Assembly: GCA_019637755.1 (NCBI GenBank)
Contig: JAHBVC010000001.1
Location: forward strand, 1,521,104 to 1,585,103
Length of the DNA: 64,000 bases
DNA from: Anaerolineales bacterium
GTDB lineage: Bacteria; Chloroflexota; Anaerolineae; Anaerolineales; UBA11579
Direction: 5' to 3'
Both the position numbers and the translations under genes were made by a program. Below are positions 44,600 to 53,776 of the stretch, piece by piece (position 1 is the first letter of the stretch; each line of letters opens with the position of its first letter). The notes under the pieces are model-generated. The model was not told where the DNA came from, did no database searches, and was given only the letters and a program-made list of their open reading frames with translations.

Positions 44600-45562
44600 A
44601 TGCAAGATTATGAGCGCATGGCTCTGCTGGCACAAATTGCAGAGCTGTATTACATGCAAAACATGAGCCAAGCTGAAATCGCGCACCGTTTTGGGTTCTC
44701 TCGCTCCAAGGTTTCGCGCCTGATCACCGAATCGCGTGAAACTGGCCTGGTCCAAATCCGCATCAATCATCCCGTGCGGCGCGACTCCATTCTCGAAGAG
44801 CGCCTGGCCAAAACTTTCGGCCTGCACAGCGCCCACGTCCTGCAAACCAGCCTGTATACCGAAAGCCAGAGCCTGCGCACCCTGGGCCGCCTGGGCGCCT
44901 ACTACCTCAGCGAGCATTTGGCGCCCAACAGCACCCTGGGCATCTCCTGGGGCACGGCCATTTTTGAAGTCGCCCAGGCGCTGCGCAAACGCAACTACCC
45001 CGAATTACGCATCGTGCAGATCATCGGCTCCATCGGTTACGGTGACCCTGCGGTGGATGGGCCAGAGCTGGCGCGCAACATCGCCGCGGTCTTCTCAGGC
45101 AAGTATTTCACCCTCAACGCTCCAGTGATCGTACAAGACCAGCATGCACGGGATACCTTGCTCAATGAGCGCCATATTCAAGAAGTGCTGGCGCTCGGCC
45201 TGCGCGCGGATTACTACCTGGTGGGCATCGGCTCCACCACACCCGGCTATTCTGCCCTGGTGCGCGCCGGCAGCCTGCCCGCCGCCGAGATGGATGCGAT
45301 CATTCAGGCTACAGGCGCCGTGGGCGATATCTGCGCCCGGGTGTATGACCAGAACGGGAATTTCTCCGGCTTCGATTTCAACCAGCGCGTCGTGGGCATC
45401 TCGTTGCAGGAGCTGCGCGATGCCAAGGGGACGGTGGTGGGCATCGCCGGTGGCGAAGCCAAGGCACCGGCCATCCTTGGCGCCTTGCGCGGCCGCCTGA
45501 TCGACGTGCTTATTACGGACGACAAGGCGGCGGAGAAGGTGCTGGAGTTGCACTCCAACTAG
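44600..45562 (+). CDS. SorC/DeoR-type sugar-binding transcriptional regulator
   Basis: LLAQIAELYYMQNMSQAEIAHRFGFSRSKVSRLITESRETGLVQIRI plus a sugar-phosphate-binding C-terminal domain. Start at MQDYE (44600). Confidence 0.85.
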   Translation: MQDYERMALLAQIAELYYMQNMSQAEIAHRFGFSRSKVSRLITESRETGLVQIRINHPVRRDSILEERLAKTFGLHSAHVLQTSLYTESQSLRTLGRLGAYYLSEHLAPNSTLGISWGTAIFEVAQALRKRNYPELRIVQIIGSIGYGDPAVDGPELARNIAAVFSGKYFTLNAPVIVQDQHARDTLLNERHIQEVLALGLRADYYLVGIGSTTPGYSALVRAGSLPAAEMDAIIQATGAVGDICARVYDQNGNFSGFDFNQRVVGISLQELRDAKGTVVGIAGGEAKAPAILGALRGRLIDVLITDDKAAEKVLELHSN

Positions 45563-45583
45563 ACCATCAGCGAAAGACGGACT

Positions 45584-45859
45584 ATGGGCATTCTCAGAAC
45601 CACCATCCAACATGAAGCCGGCCTGCATGCAAGACCGTTAGCCCAATTCGTCAAGACCGTTAGAGCCTATGATGCCGAGGTGCAGGTGACCAACCTCACT
45701 CGCGGCAAAGGGCCCGTGCCGGGGGCCAGCCCGGTGAAGCTACTCCTGCTGGCTGTCCTCAAAGATCACGTAGTTGAAATCCAGGCCGATGGCCCGCAAG
45801 CGCAAGAAGTGCTGCAGGCCTTGCAGACCTTGATCCACGAAAACTTTGGAGAGCACTGA
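45584..45859 (+). CDS. ptsH: phosphocarrier protein HPr
   Basis: IQHEAGLHARPLAQFV (active-site His). Confidence 0.9.
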   Translation: MGILRTTIQHEAGLHARPLAQFVKTVRAYDAEVQVTNLTRGKGPVPGASPVKLLLLAVLKDHVVEIQADGPQAQEVLQALQTLIHENFGEH

Positions 45860-46281
45860 TGCTGGATTTCCTTTCTGAAAATATCGCCGTTCTTGGCGTA
45901 GCCCTTTTGCTGATGTGGGGCTTGCAATTTGCCTTCACCTACATCCAGATGCGCAAATTCTACGCACGCCTCAAAGTGGTGCGCCAGGCGGGGCTGACTG
46001 CGGTGGGCAAAGGCGGCGGCCAATACCGCGGCCGCGTCTATGGAGTGCTCACCGTGAATAATGCCAAGCAGGTCATCCATGCCGAGAAAATGTCCGGCTG
46101 GTCAAACTTCTCTGGCTTGAAGCCCGTGCCCGAACTGATCGGTTTATCCCTACATGACATAGTGGATGAGACCAAGCCCTTACCGGTCTCTCAAAAACTT
46201 TCTGATGCCTTCCGCGATGCCGCGGCGTATCTGCTTGATGCTGAAAAGCAGACCCTCCCCGAAGCAGACCCCGGTAAATAA
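45859..46281 (+). CDS. gutM: GutM-like glucitol operon activator
   Basis: N-terminal TM helix, then FAFTYIQMRKFYARLKVVRQAGLTAVGKGGGQYRGRVYGVLTV, collinear with E. coli GutM. The start overlaps the ptsH stop. Confidence 0.75.
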   Translation: MLDFLSENIAVLGVALLLMWGLQFAFTYIQMRKFYARLKVVRQAGLTAVGKGGGQYRGRVYGVLTVNNAKQVIHAEKMSGWSNFSGLKPVPELIGLSLHDIVDETKPLPVSQKLSDAFRDAAAYLLDAEKQTLPEADPGK

Positions 46282-46376
46282 ATCCCAAGCACAAGTAATA
46301 GGAGGAACCCACCCAGCGATTGCCGAAATGTCTCACCTACACCCCTAATCGACTTATTAGAGGAGAGTCTCAGACT

Positions 46377-46916
46377 ATGGATGCTTTAGTACATGCAGCA
46401 GAATGGTTCATTGGTTTGTTCCAACAGGGCGGGGCTGTGTTCCTTTCATTGGTCGGCGGCATTATTCCGCTGCTGATTGTTTTGCTTACCGGTGTCAACG
46501 CCCTCGTGGCCCTGATCGGCCCCGAGAAGATTGACAAGGTGGGTGAATGGGCCGCCCGCGACGGGATTATCTACTACCCCGTGCGCTACATCTTGCTCCC
46601 CTTCCTGGCCGTGTTCTTCCTGACCAACCCTATGGCTTACACCATGGGGCGCTTCCTCCCCGAGCGCTTCAAGCCGGCGTTTTACGATGCCGCCGTGTCT
46701 TACGTTCACCCGCCGCTGGGTATCTTCCCCCACATCAATCCGGGTGAATTGTTCGTCTGGCTGGGTATCGCCGCGGGCATTGAATCGCTGGGCCTCTCCA
46801 CCGTGCCTCTGGCGCTGTGGTACCTGGTTGTCGGCCTGATCGTCATCTTCATCCGTGGCATTGTGACTGAGCGCATTACCGCCATCATGTGGGCGCGCCG
46901 CACGGCTGCGAAGTAA
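46377..46916 (+). CDS. srlA: PTS glucitol/sorbitol-family EIIC component
   Basis: MDALVHAAEWFIGLFQQGGAVF...NPMAYTMGRFLPE..FPHINPGELF, collinear with SrlA. AGAGGAGAG SD upstream. Confidence 0.9.
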   Translation: MDALVHAAEWFIGLFQQGGAVFLSLVGGIIPLLIVLLTGVNALVALIGPEKIDKVGEWAARDGIIYYPVRYILLPFLAVFFLTNPMAYTMGRFLPERFKPAFYDAAVSYVHPPLGIFPHINPGELFVWLGIAAGIESLGLSTVPLALWYLVVGLIVIFIRGIVTERITAIMWARRTAAK

Positions 46917-46938
46917 GAGAAGAAGGAGAAACTAAACA

Positions 46939-47472
46939 ATGAATGCATTCCTTGTAAAAGTTGGCCGTGGCGTTGGTGGTGTGGTCGGTGCTTTGTACCA
47001 GGCCGGCCGCGATGCCGTTGATCAGGTCGTTGTAAACATTCTGCCCTTCATGGCTTTCATCAGCCTGGTGATCGGTATCATCCTCGCCACTGGCGTGGGT
47101 GACTGGATCGCCAACATGCTCGCCCCGCTGGCGGGCAGCCTGGTGGGCCTGCTGATCCTCTCCGTGATCATCGCCATTCCGGTGCTCTCGCCCCTGTTGG
47201 GCCCCGGCGCGGTGATCGCCCAGATCATCGGCACCCTGTTGGGCAGCACCCTGCTGGCCAATGGCAGCATCCCCCCGGCGTACGCGCTGCCGGCGCTGTT
47301 CGCCATCAACCCGCAGGTGGGTTGTGACTTCATCCCCGTCGGTCTGGCGCTGGGTGAAGCCGAGCCCGAGACGGTGGAAGTAGGCGTTCCGGCGGTGTTG
47401 TTCTCCCGCCTCATCACCGGCCCTGTGGCGGTGTTGATCGCCTTCCTGTTCATGCCCCTGCTTCCCTACTAA
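46939..47472 (+). CDS. srlE: PTS glucitol-family EIIC2 membrane domain (equivalent to the SrlE C-terminal half) as a separate gene
   Basis: [32 protein letters not shown]...[16 protein letters not shown]...[21 protein letters not shown] matches the C-terminal half of E. coli SrlE. Confidence 0.85.
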   Translation: MNAFLVKVGRGVGGVVGALYQAGRDAVDQVVVNILPFMAFISLVIGIILATGVGDWIANMLAPLAGSLVGLLILSVIIAIPVLSPLLGPGAVIAQIIGTLLGSTLLANGSIPPAYALPALFAINPQVGCDFIPVGLALGEAEPETVEVGVPAVLFSRLITGPVAVLIAFLFMPLLPY

Positions 47473-47484
47473 GCACTGCTTTGA

Positions 47485-47513
47485 GCCGGGAGGGGAATCT
47501 TTCCCCTCCCGGC
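47485..47513 (+). promoter_or_regulatory. strong intercistronic hairpin (13-bp GC-rich stem, no U-tract)
   Basis: GCCGGGAGGGGAA-tct-TTCCCCTCCCGGC, in the 88-nt gap between the two srlE-derived genes. Confidence 0.5.
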
Positions 47514-47560
47514 CTCAACCCATCTACAAACGGAACTTCGGACAAGAGAGGATTAAGACG

Positions 47561-47941
47561 ATGAGCAAGCAATACAAAAAGGTCAAAATTTCCGCCGGGC
47601 CACGCGGCTGGGGCGGGCCCCTGGTGATCGAGCCCAAGCCGGGTAAGGATCTGATCTATTGCGTCACCGGCGGCGGCATCCACCCCCTGGCCCAACACAT
47701 TGCCGATCTAACCGGTGGCACCGCTTTTGATGGCTTTCGCTCCAAGGCCGGCTTTGACGAGATCGCCGTCGCCATCATCGACTGTGGCGGTACGGCGCGG
47801 GTGGGCGTATACCCAATGAAGGGTGTGCTCACCGTGGATGTGTATGCCACCAAGCCGTCTGGCCCGCTGTTCCGCTTCATCAAAGAGAACGTGTTCGTTT
47901 CTGGCGTCACCGCGGACCAGGTCGAACTGATCGAAGACTAA
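47561..47941 (+). CDS. srlE: PTS glucitol-family EIIB domain (equivalent to the SrlE N-terminal half) as a separate gene
   Basis: GPRGWGGPLVIEP..GKDLIYCVTGG...AIIDCGGTARVGVYP (phospho-Cys motif). Confidence 0.9.
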   Translation: MSKQYKKVKISAGPRGWGGPLVIEPKPGKDLIYCVTGGGIHPLAQHIADLTGGTAFDGFRSKAGFDEIAVAIIDCGGTARVGVYPMKGVLTVDVYATKPSGPLFRFIKENVFVSGVTADQVELIED

Positions 47942-47959
47942 TTCGCAGAGCTAGGCAGC

Positions 47960-48325
47960 ATGGTTAAGTATCAGGCACGCGTTACTCACATCGGCCCATA
48001 TGTTGCCGAATTTATTGCAGAAAATGTGTTGGTGTTCTTTGGCGGGCAGGCGCCCGAAGAGCTGGCCGAATTTGCCATTTTGCACGATGGCCAGCAGCTA
48101 GAGGGGCAAGTGATGGCGGGCGACCGCCTGTTCTTGAATGACGAGGCCTTTCAAGTGTTGGCGGTGGGCGAGGTGGCGAATGCCAACCTGGCCAGCCTGG
48201 GCCATCTGGTGGTCAAAGTCAACGGCCAGCCTGAGCCTGAAATGCCAGGGGATGTATGTGTGGAAATGAAGGCGCTGCCCACTATTGAGGTGGGCACCCA
48301 GTTGCGGATTGAGGATCCTGAGTAG
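47960..48325 (+). CDS. srlB: PTS glucitol-family EIIA component
   Basis: Collinear with SrlB: ...AVGEVANANLASLGHLVVKVNG...MPGDVCVE. Confidence 0.9.
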   Translation: MVKYQARVTHIGPYVAEFIAENVLVFFGGQAPEELAEFAILHDGQQLEGQVMAGDRLFLNDEAFQVLAVGEVANANLASLGHLVVKVNGQPEPEMPGDVCVEMKALPTIEVGTQLRIEDPE

Positions 48326-48329
48326 AAAA

Positions 48330-49640
48330 ATGAAAACATTGCGCGAGCGTTTGCGAGAGTTTGAAGCCCGCCAGGGCCACCCAATTCGGGTGGGCTTGGT
48401 GGGAGCCGGCCAGATGGGGACTGGCCTGATTGGTCAAATGGAATTAATGGACGGCATGAAGGCCGTTGCCGTGACCGACGTGCTACCACGCCGCGCCTAT
48501 GACGCCTTCCACGAAGCCGAAGTCGATCCGCAGCTCATCGCTGAGGCCGCTAGCGCCGCCGAAGCGGATGCCCTCATCGCTGCCGGCAAGCGCGCCGCGC
48601 TGCAATCTACCGCGGAGTTGCTGAAAATTGCCAACCTGGATGTCATCGTTGAATCGACCGGCATTCCTGAAATTGGCGCCGAAGTGTGCCTGGGCGCCAT
48701 CCAAGCCGGCAAACACATCGTCAATATGAATGTGGAGGCCGATGCCACGATTGGCTATTACCTCGGGCAGCAGGCCAAGGCCGCCGGGGTGGTCTACACC
48801 CTGGCCGCCGGCGATGAGCCGGGGGCGATCAAGGAAATTTACGATTTTGCCGATGCGCTGGGTTTTCGCATCGTTGCCGTAGGCAAAGGCAAGAACAACC
48901 CGCTCAACCGTGCTTCCAATCCGGACAGCGTGGCGGAGAAGGCGCGCAGCCGCAAGATGAGCCCCAAGATGCTCGCCTCGTTCGAAGATGGCACCAAGAC
49001 GATGGTGGAGATGACCAGCATTGCCAACGGTATCGGTTTTGTACCCGAGGTGCGCGGTGCCCACGGGCCGGATGTTACCGTCAAGGACCTGGCCAAAGTC
49101 TTTGTGCCCAAGGCGGATGGTGGCTTGCTGGAGGGCAGCGGCGTGGTGGACTATGCCGTTGGCCCGGCGCCCGGCGTGTTCGTGATCATCACCACCGATC
49201 GTGAGAAAGTGATCCGCGATTTGAACTATCTCGGCGTGAGCAGCGGCGGCAACGGCTATTGGAGCCTGTACCGCCCTTATCACCTGGCTAACCTGGAGAC
49301 GCCGATCTCGATCGCCCACGCCGCGTTGGAGGGGCTCTCGACCCTGGTGACGCTGCAGCCGCCCACCGCTGAGACGATCACGGCAGCCAAGCGCGATCTC
49401 AAAGCCGGCGAGCGCATTGATGCGCTGGGTGGTTTTACCGTCTACGGCATGATCGAGAAAGCCAGTGTGGCGCGCCAGCAAAACTTGCTGCCGCTGGGTT
49501 TGGCGGTGGGCGCCACCCTGGTGAACGATGTGCCGATGGGCCAGGCCTTGCGCTATGAGGATGTGCAGTTGGATGAAAGCCAACTGATCGTCAAGCTGCG
49601 CCGCGCTCAGGATGAATTGGTGGCGGCCCAACAGGGCTAA
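48330..49640 (+). CDS. NAD(P)-binding oxidoreductase with a SAF domain (COG4091, homoserine dehydrogenase-like)
   Basis: IRVGLVGAGQMGTG Rossmann motif. C-terminal SAF-like segment AAKRDLKAGERIDALGGFTVYG. Start at MKTL (48330). Confidence 0.75.
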   Translation: MKTLRERLREFEARQGHPIRVGLVGAGQMGTGLIGQMELMDGMKAVAVTDVLPRRAYDAFHEAEVDPQLIAEAASAAEADALIAAGKRAALQSTAELLKIANLDVIVESTGIPEIGAEVCLGAIQAGKHIVNMNVEADATIGYYLGQQAKAAGVVYTLAAGDEPGAIKEIYDFADALGFRIVAVGKGKNNPLNRASNPDSVAEKARSRKMSPKMLASFEDGTKTMVEMTSIANGIGFVPEVRGAHGPDVTVKDLAKVFVPKADGGLLEGSGVVDYAVGPAPGVFVIITTDREKVIRDLNYLGVSSGGNGYWSLYRPYHLANLETPISIAHAALEGLSTLVTLQPPTAETITAAKRDLKAGERIDALGGFTVYGMIEKASVARQQNLLPLGLAVGATLVNDVPMGQALRYEDVQLDESQLIVKLRRAQDELVAAQQG

Positions 49641-49641
49641 T

Positions 49642-50331
49642 ATGCGCAAACCGGCATCTGTCGCCCAGGCGACGGGCATCGTCGAGCGGTTATCGGCTAC
49701 CTATGGCCACTTGTGGGGGCGTAAGCCGCACACGGATGGCCAGTTGGCCGGGCGCCTGGGCGCCGAGCTGCGCGAAGTCTTCGCCAGCCCGGCCCAGTTG
49801 CAGGCACTGAGTACGCATGCCCGCCAGGCGGCCGAATTGGGCCTGGTGGCGGGCCGCTTGGGTGAAATCAGCCAGCGGCTGGAGCAAGGCAAGTTTCTGG
49901 TGACGGCCGCCGAGAGCTGGTTTTACCAACTTGCGGATGCCGAGCTATTGCTGGCCGGTGAACGCAACCCTGCCGGCCCGCAAGGCGCGGCACTGCCGGC
50001 TCATTGGGCCTGGCACCTGCTCGGCTACCAGCAGCACCCGGCTGCGGGCGCCAGCTTGCTGGGCCAGCCGGCGGCCGCCATGGCGCTGCTGGCCGCTGGC
50101 CGCCTGCCCGATCTGGGCCCTTTGCCGCGTGCCAGCCACTTGGGCACGCTGGCCTATTGCGCTTCGGCCAGTACACCCTCGCCCGCGAGCATCGGCGCAG
50201 CGCGGGTTCTCTTTATTCAAGGAGCCGGCGTACTGGTATTGGCCAGCAGCGCCGCGCAGGCCATTAGTGACCTGCATTTAGTCAACCGCCTGTCTGAGAT
50301 CAGCCTATTGCAGACCCGCGGCATCGATTGA
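49642..50331 (+). CDS. hypothetical protein, degenerate class II aldolase/adducin-like fold
   Basis: Collinear by eye with FucA-type aldolases (GLVAGRLGEISQRLEQGKFLVTAA.., ..VLFIQGAGVLVLASSAAQA..). The His metal ligands and the catalytic Glu are replaced. Confidence 0.5.
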   Translation: MRKPASVAQATGIVERLSATYGHLWGRKPHTDGQLAGRLGAELREVFASPAQLQALSTHARQAAELGLVAGRLGEISQRLEQGKFLVTAAESWFYQLADAELLLAGERNPAGPQGAALPAHWAWHLLGYQQHPAAGASLLGQPAAAMALLAAGRLPDLGPLPRASHLGTLAYCASASTPSPASIGAARVLFIQGAGVLVLASSAAQAISDLHLVNRLSEISLLQTRGID

Positions 50332-50344
50332 GGTTTGACAGAGC

Positions 50345-51337
50345 ATGGCAAAGACCAAAAACTCTAAGACGTCCCCAGTGGCCGCAGCAAGCACGCTGAG
50401 TGACGCGCAGCTGCACGAAATGCTGTACACGATGATGGTGATCCGGCGCTTCGAAGAAAAAGCCCTGGAGCTGTATTCATTGGGCAAAGTGCACGGCACG
50501 ATGCACCTCTCCATCGGGCAAGAGGCCACCGCCGTGGGCGCTTCCGCGGCGCTCACCCAGCAAGACTATTTGCTGAATACGCACCGCGGCCACGGCCATT
50601 GCCTGGCCTGGGGCAGCCAGGCCGATTTGATGATGGCTGAATTCATGGGCAAGGAAACTGGCTACTGCCGCGGCCGCGGTGGCTCGATGCACATTGCCAA
50701 TGTAGACGCCAACAACCTGGGCGCTAACGGCATTGTGGCCGGCGGCCTGCCGATCTCGGTCGGCGTGGGGCTGAGCATCAAATCGCGCAACACGGAACAG
50801 GTTGTGATGGTGGTCTTTGGCGATGGCGCCTCGAATGAGGGCGCCTTCCATGAATCGCTCAATATGGCCAGCATTTGGAACCTGCCAGTCATTTTCCTGT
50901 GTGAGAACAACCAATACGCCATGTCCATGCCCGTCGAAAAGAGCATGCGCGTCGAGCGCATCAGTGAGCGGGCGGCGGCATACGGCATGTACGGGGTAAC
51001 TGTGGATGGCAACGATCCGCAGGCCGTCTTTGCCGCGGTGCTGCGGGCACGCCAACAGGCGGTGGCAGGCCATGGCCCTACGTTGATCGAATGCAACACC
51101 TATCGCTATATGGGCCACTCGAAGAGTGATCGCCAGGCCTATCGCACCCGCGAAGAAGTCAAGGCCTGGATGGATAAAGATCCGATCGAGCGCCTGGCCG
51201 GCAATTTGGGGCTGAAGGAAAGCGCCAAAGAGGCCTTGTTCAAGAAAGCCGAAGCCGAAATTGCCGAGGCAGTGAGTTTTGCTGAGGCCAGCCCCGAGCC
51301 GGACCCGGCTGACATTATGGAGGGCGTGTATGCCTAG
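50345..51337 (+). CDS. TPP-dependent dehydrogenase E1 alpha subunit (pyruvate/acetoin dehydrogenase type)
   Basis: [30 protein letters not shown]...[10 protein letters not shown]...GDGASNEG...ENNQYAMS. Confidence 0.9.
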   Translation: MAKTKNSKTSPVAAASTLSDAQLHEMLYTMMVIRRFEEKALELYSLGKVHGTMHLSIGQEATAVGASAALTQQDYLLNTHRGHGHCLAWGSQADLMMAEFMGKETGYCRGRGGSMHIANVDANNLGANGIVAGGLPISVGVGLSIKSRNTEQVVMVVFGDGASNEGAFHESLNMASIWNLPVIFLCENNQYAMSMPVEKSMRVERISERAAAYGMYGVTVDGNDPQAVFAAVLRARQQAVAGHGPTLIECNTYRYMGHSKSDRQAYRTREEVKAWMDKDPIERLAGNLGLKESAKEALFKKAEAEIAEAVSFAEASPEPDPADIMEGVYA

Positions 51338-52334
51338 CGCCAACGGTACCCGCGAGATCACTTATGTTGAAGCCGTCCGCGAGGCGCTGACCCAGGCGAT
51401 GCAGGCGGATGAGCGCGTCTTCCTTATCGGCGAAGATATTGGCGTATACGGTGGTGCCTTTGGCGTCTCCGCCGGGATGCACGCCCAGTTTGGTGATCAG
51501 CGCGTGATCGATACCCCGATCTCCGAGGCGGCCATCGTGGGCGCCTGCGTGGGTTCGGCGCTCACCGGTATGCGCCCGGTGGGCGAGATCCAGTTTATGG
51601 ATTTCATTACCCTGGGCATGGAGCAGTTGGTGCTGCAGGCCGCCAAGGTGCGCTTTATGTTTGGCGGCAAAGCCAGCGTGCCGATGGTGCTACGCACCCC
51701 CGGCGGCTCTGGCACTGGCGCGGCGGCCCAGCACTCCGAGAGCCTGGAGACCTGGTTCACGCATGTGCCTGGCCTCAAAGTCGTCATGCCCAGCTCCCCG
51801 TATGATGCCAAGGGCCTGCTGCTGGCGGCGATTGCCGATGAGAACCCGGTGATCTTTGTAGAGCACAAGCTGCTCTACAAGATCAGCGGCCCGGTACCCG
51901 AAGAACCCTACACCATTCCGCTGGGCCAGCCCAACATTGTGCGCAGTGGCCAGCATCTCACCGTGGTGGCTACCTCGATCATGGTGCAGCGCGCCAAGCA
52001 GGCCGCCGAGGAACTGGCCAAAGAGGGCATTGAGCTCGAGATCGTTGATCCGCGCACCCTCAATCCGCTGGATGACACGCTAATGATCCAATCGGTGATG
52101 AAGACCGGCAAAGCGCTGATCGTGCACGAATCGGTCAAGACCAGCGGCTATGGCGCCGAATTGGCGGCACGCATTGTGGAGAGCGAAGCGTTCGATTACC
52201 TGGATGCCCCTGTGCGCCGCCTGGCTGGGTTGGATATCCCGATCCCCTATAACCGCAACCTCGAATACCATGCCGTACCCCAGGTGGAGAACATCGTGGC
52301 CGAGGCGCGCAAACTTGTGCGCGGGGAATACTAA
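51330..52334 (+). CDS. TPP-dependent dehydrogenase E1 beta subunit
   Basis: [38 protein letters not shown]...[11 protein letters not shown]. The start overlaps the E1 alpha stop. Confidence 0.9.
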   Translation: MPSANGTREITYVEAVREALTQAMQADERVFLIGEDIGVYGGAFGVSAGMHAQFGDQRVIDTPISEAAIVGACVGSALTGMRPVGEIQFMDFITLGMEQLVLQAAKVRFMFGGKASVPMVLRTPGGSGTGAAAQHSESLETWFTHVPGLKVVMPSSPYDAKGLLLAAIADENPVIFVEHKLLYKISGPVPEEPYTIPLGQPNIVRSGQHLTVVATSIMVQRAKQAAEELAKEGIELEIVDPRTLNPLDDTLMIQSVMKTGKALIVHESVKTSGYGAELAARIVESEAFDYLDAPVRRLAGLDIPIPYNRNLEYHAVPQVENIVAEARKLVRGEY

Positions 52335-53746
52335 TGGCCAAAGAAGTCATCATGCCGGTCTTCGGCTTCAATCAGGAGAGCAGCCAGATCGTCTCCTGGC
52401 TGGTGCAGGATGGCCAGGCAGTGGAGCAAGGCGACCCAATCGCTGAGGTCACCACGGATAAGATCAACATGGAGATCGAGGCCCCGGCCAGCGGCGTGTT
52501 CCGCGCGCTGGGCTACGCCGCTGGCGAAACCGTGCCAGTCACCACGGTGATCGCCTACATCCTGGCGCCCGGCGAAAAAGCACCGGCGGCGCCCGCCAAA
52601 GCGCCCGTCAGCCCTGCAGCGGTCGTGCAGGCTGCTGAAGTGCCAGCGCCGCGCCCCGCACCAGGTATCGAGCAGCCCCAACAAGCGCCCCCAGCGGCCC
52701 TGCCGGCCTATGCGCCGCCGGCCGCAGAGGGGCGCGTGGCCGCCGTGTCGGACCTGGCGGCCAAAGTAGCCAGCGAGCACGGTATCGACTTGGCGGCGGT
52801 GCGCGGCAGCGGAGTGGGTGGGCGCATAACCCGCAAGGATGTGGAGCAATACCTTGGTGCTGCGCAGCCCCCGGCTAGTGCCTCTGATGCCAAGGTGCGT
52901 GCCACGCCCGCGGCACGCCAAGCGGCACGCCAGGGGAACATTGCCTTGCACGCCGTACGCGGCAGTGGCCCACGCGGGCGCGTGCAGGCGGCCGATGTGG
53001 CCGCCGCGCCTCGCGCGGTACAGGCGGCTCCAGGCGCGCAAACCCACCAGCCAGGGGGCGTGCAGCACATCCCGCTTAGCCAGATGCGCCGCACGATTGC
53101 GGCCAACTTACAGCGTAGCGCACAGGAAGCGCCACACATTTATTTTCAGGTGGATGTGGACATCAGCGCGCTCAACGATATGGTGGCGGTGGCCAACCGC
53201 CAGGCGGCCAGCGGCAGCCCGAAAGTGACCCTGACCGCCGTGCTGGCCAAGGCCGTGGCCTGGGCGCTCACGCGCCATCCCCGGCTCAATAGCCACCTCG
53301 CCGCGCAGGAGATCTTGCAGTACGCCGATATTCACCTCGGTCTGGCGGTGGCGCTGGAGGATGGCCTGATCGTGCCGGTCATTCATCAGGCGCAGAGCAA
53401 AAGCATCAGCACCCTGGCCAGCGAAGTGAATGACTTGGCGCAGCGCGCTCGCAGTGGTAAGCTCAAGCCCGCAGATTTGCAAGGCGCAACCTTTACCATC
53501 TCCAACCTCGGCATGTTCCGCGTCGATCGCTTCACCGCCATCATCAACCCGCCCCAGGTAGGCATTCTGGCGGTGGGGCGGGCCAGCCAGCGGGTCCTGC
53601 CGGATGCAAGCGGACAGCCGCAGGTGCGGCCCGTTGCCACGCTGACCCTCTCGGTGGACCATCGCGTGATTGATGGCGCCGTAGCCGCGGCCTTCCTCGA
53701 TGAGCTCAGCACAGTTTGTGAACGGCCGCATTTGATGGTACTGTAA
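52334..53746 (+). CDS. dihydrolipoamide acyltransferase E2
   Basis: Lipoyl motif AEVTTDKINMEIEAP. Two E3-binding-type segments. Catalytic DHRVIDG. The start overlaps the E1 beta stop (TAATG). Confidence 0.9.
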   Translation: MAKEVIMPVFGFNQESSQIVSWLVQDGQAVEQGDPIAEVTTDKINMEIEAPASGVFRALGYAAGETVPVTTVIAYILAPGEKAPAAPAKAPVSPAAVVQAAEVPAPRPAPGIEQPQQAPPAALPAYAPPAAEGRVAAVSDLAAKVASEHGIDLAAVRGSGVGGRITRKDVEQYLGAAQPPASASDAKVRATPAARQAARQGNIALHAVRGSGPRGRVQAADVAAAPRAVQAAPGAQTHQPGGVQHIPLSQMRRTIAANLQRSAQEAPHIYFQVDVDISALNDMVAVANRQAASGSPKVTLTAVLAKAVAWALTRHPRLNSHLAAQEILQYADIHLGLAVALEDGLIVPVIHQAQSKSISTLASEVNDLAQRARSGKLKPADLQGATFTISNLGMFRVDRFTAIINPPQVGILAVGRASQRVLPDASGQPQVRPVATLTLSVDHRVIDGAVAAAFLDELSTVCERPHLMVL

Positions 53747-53776
53747 GCGCCAATCTAAACTCATTAGGCGACTTGA

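Noticed and set aside
48483-49679. 398-aa reverse-strand ORF
   Set aside because: It is antisense to the SAF-domain oxidoreductase. It has no motifs and a biased Arg/Gly/Ala composition.
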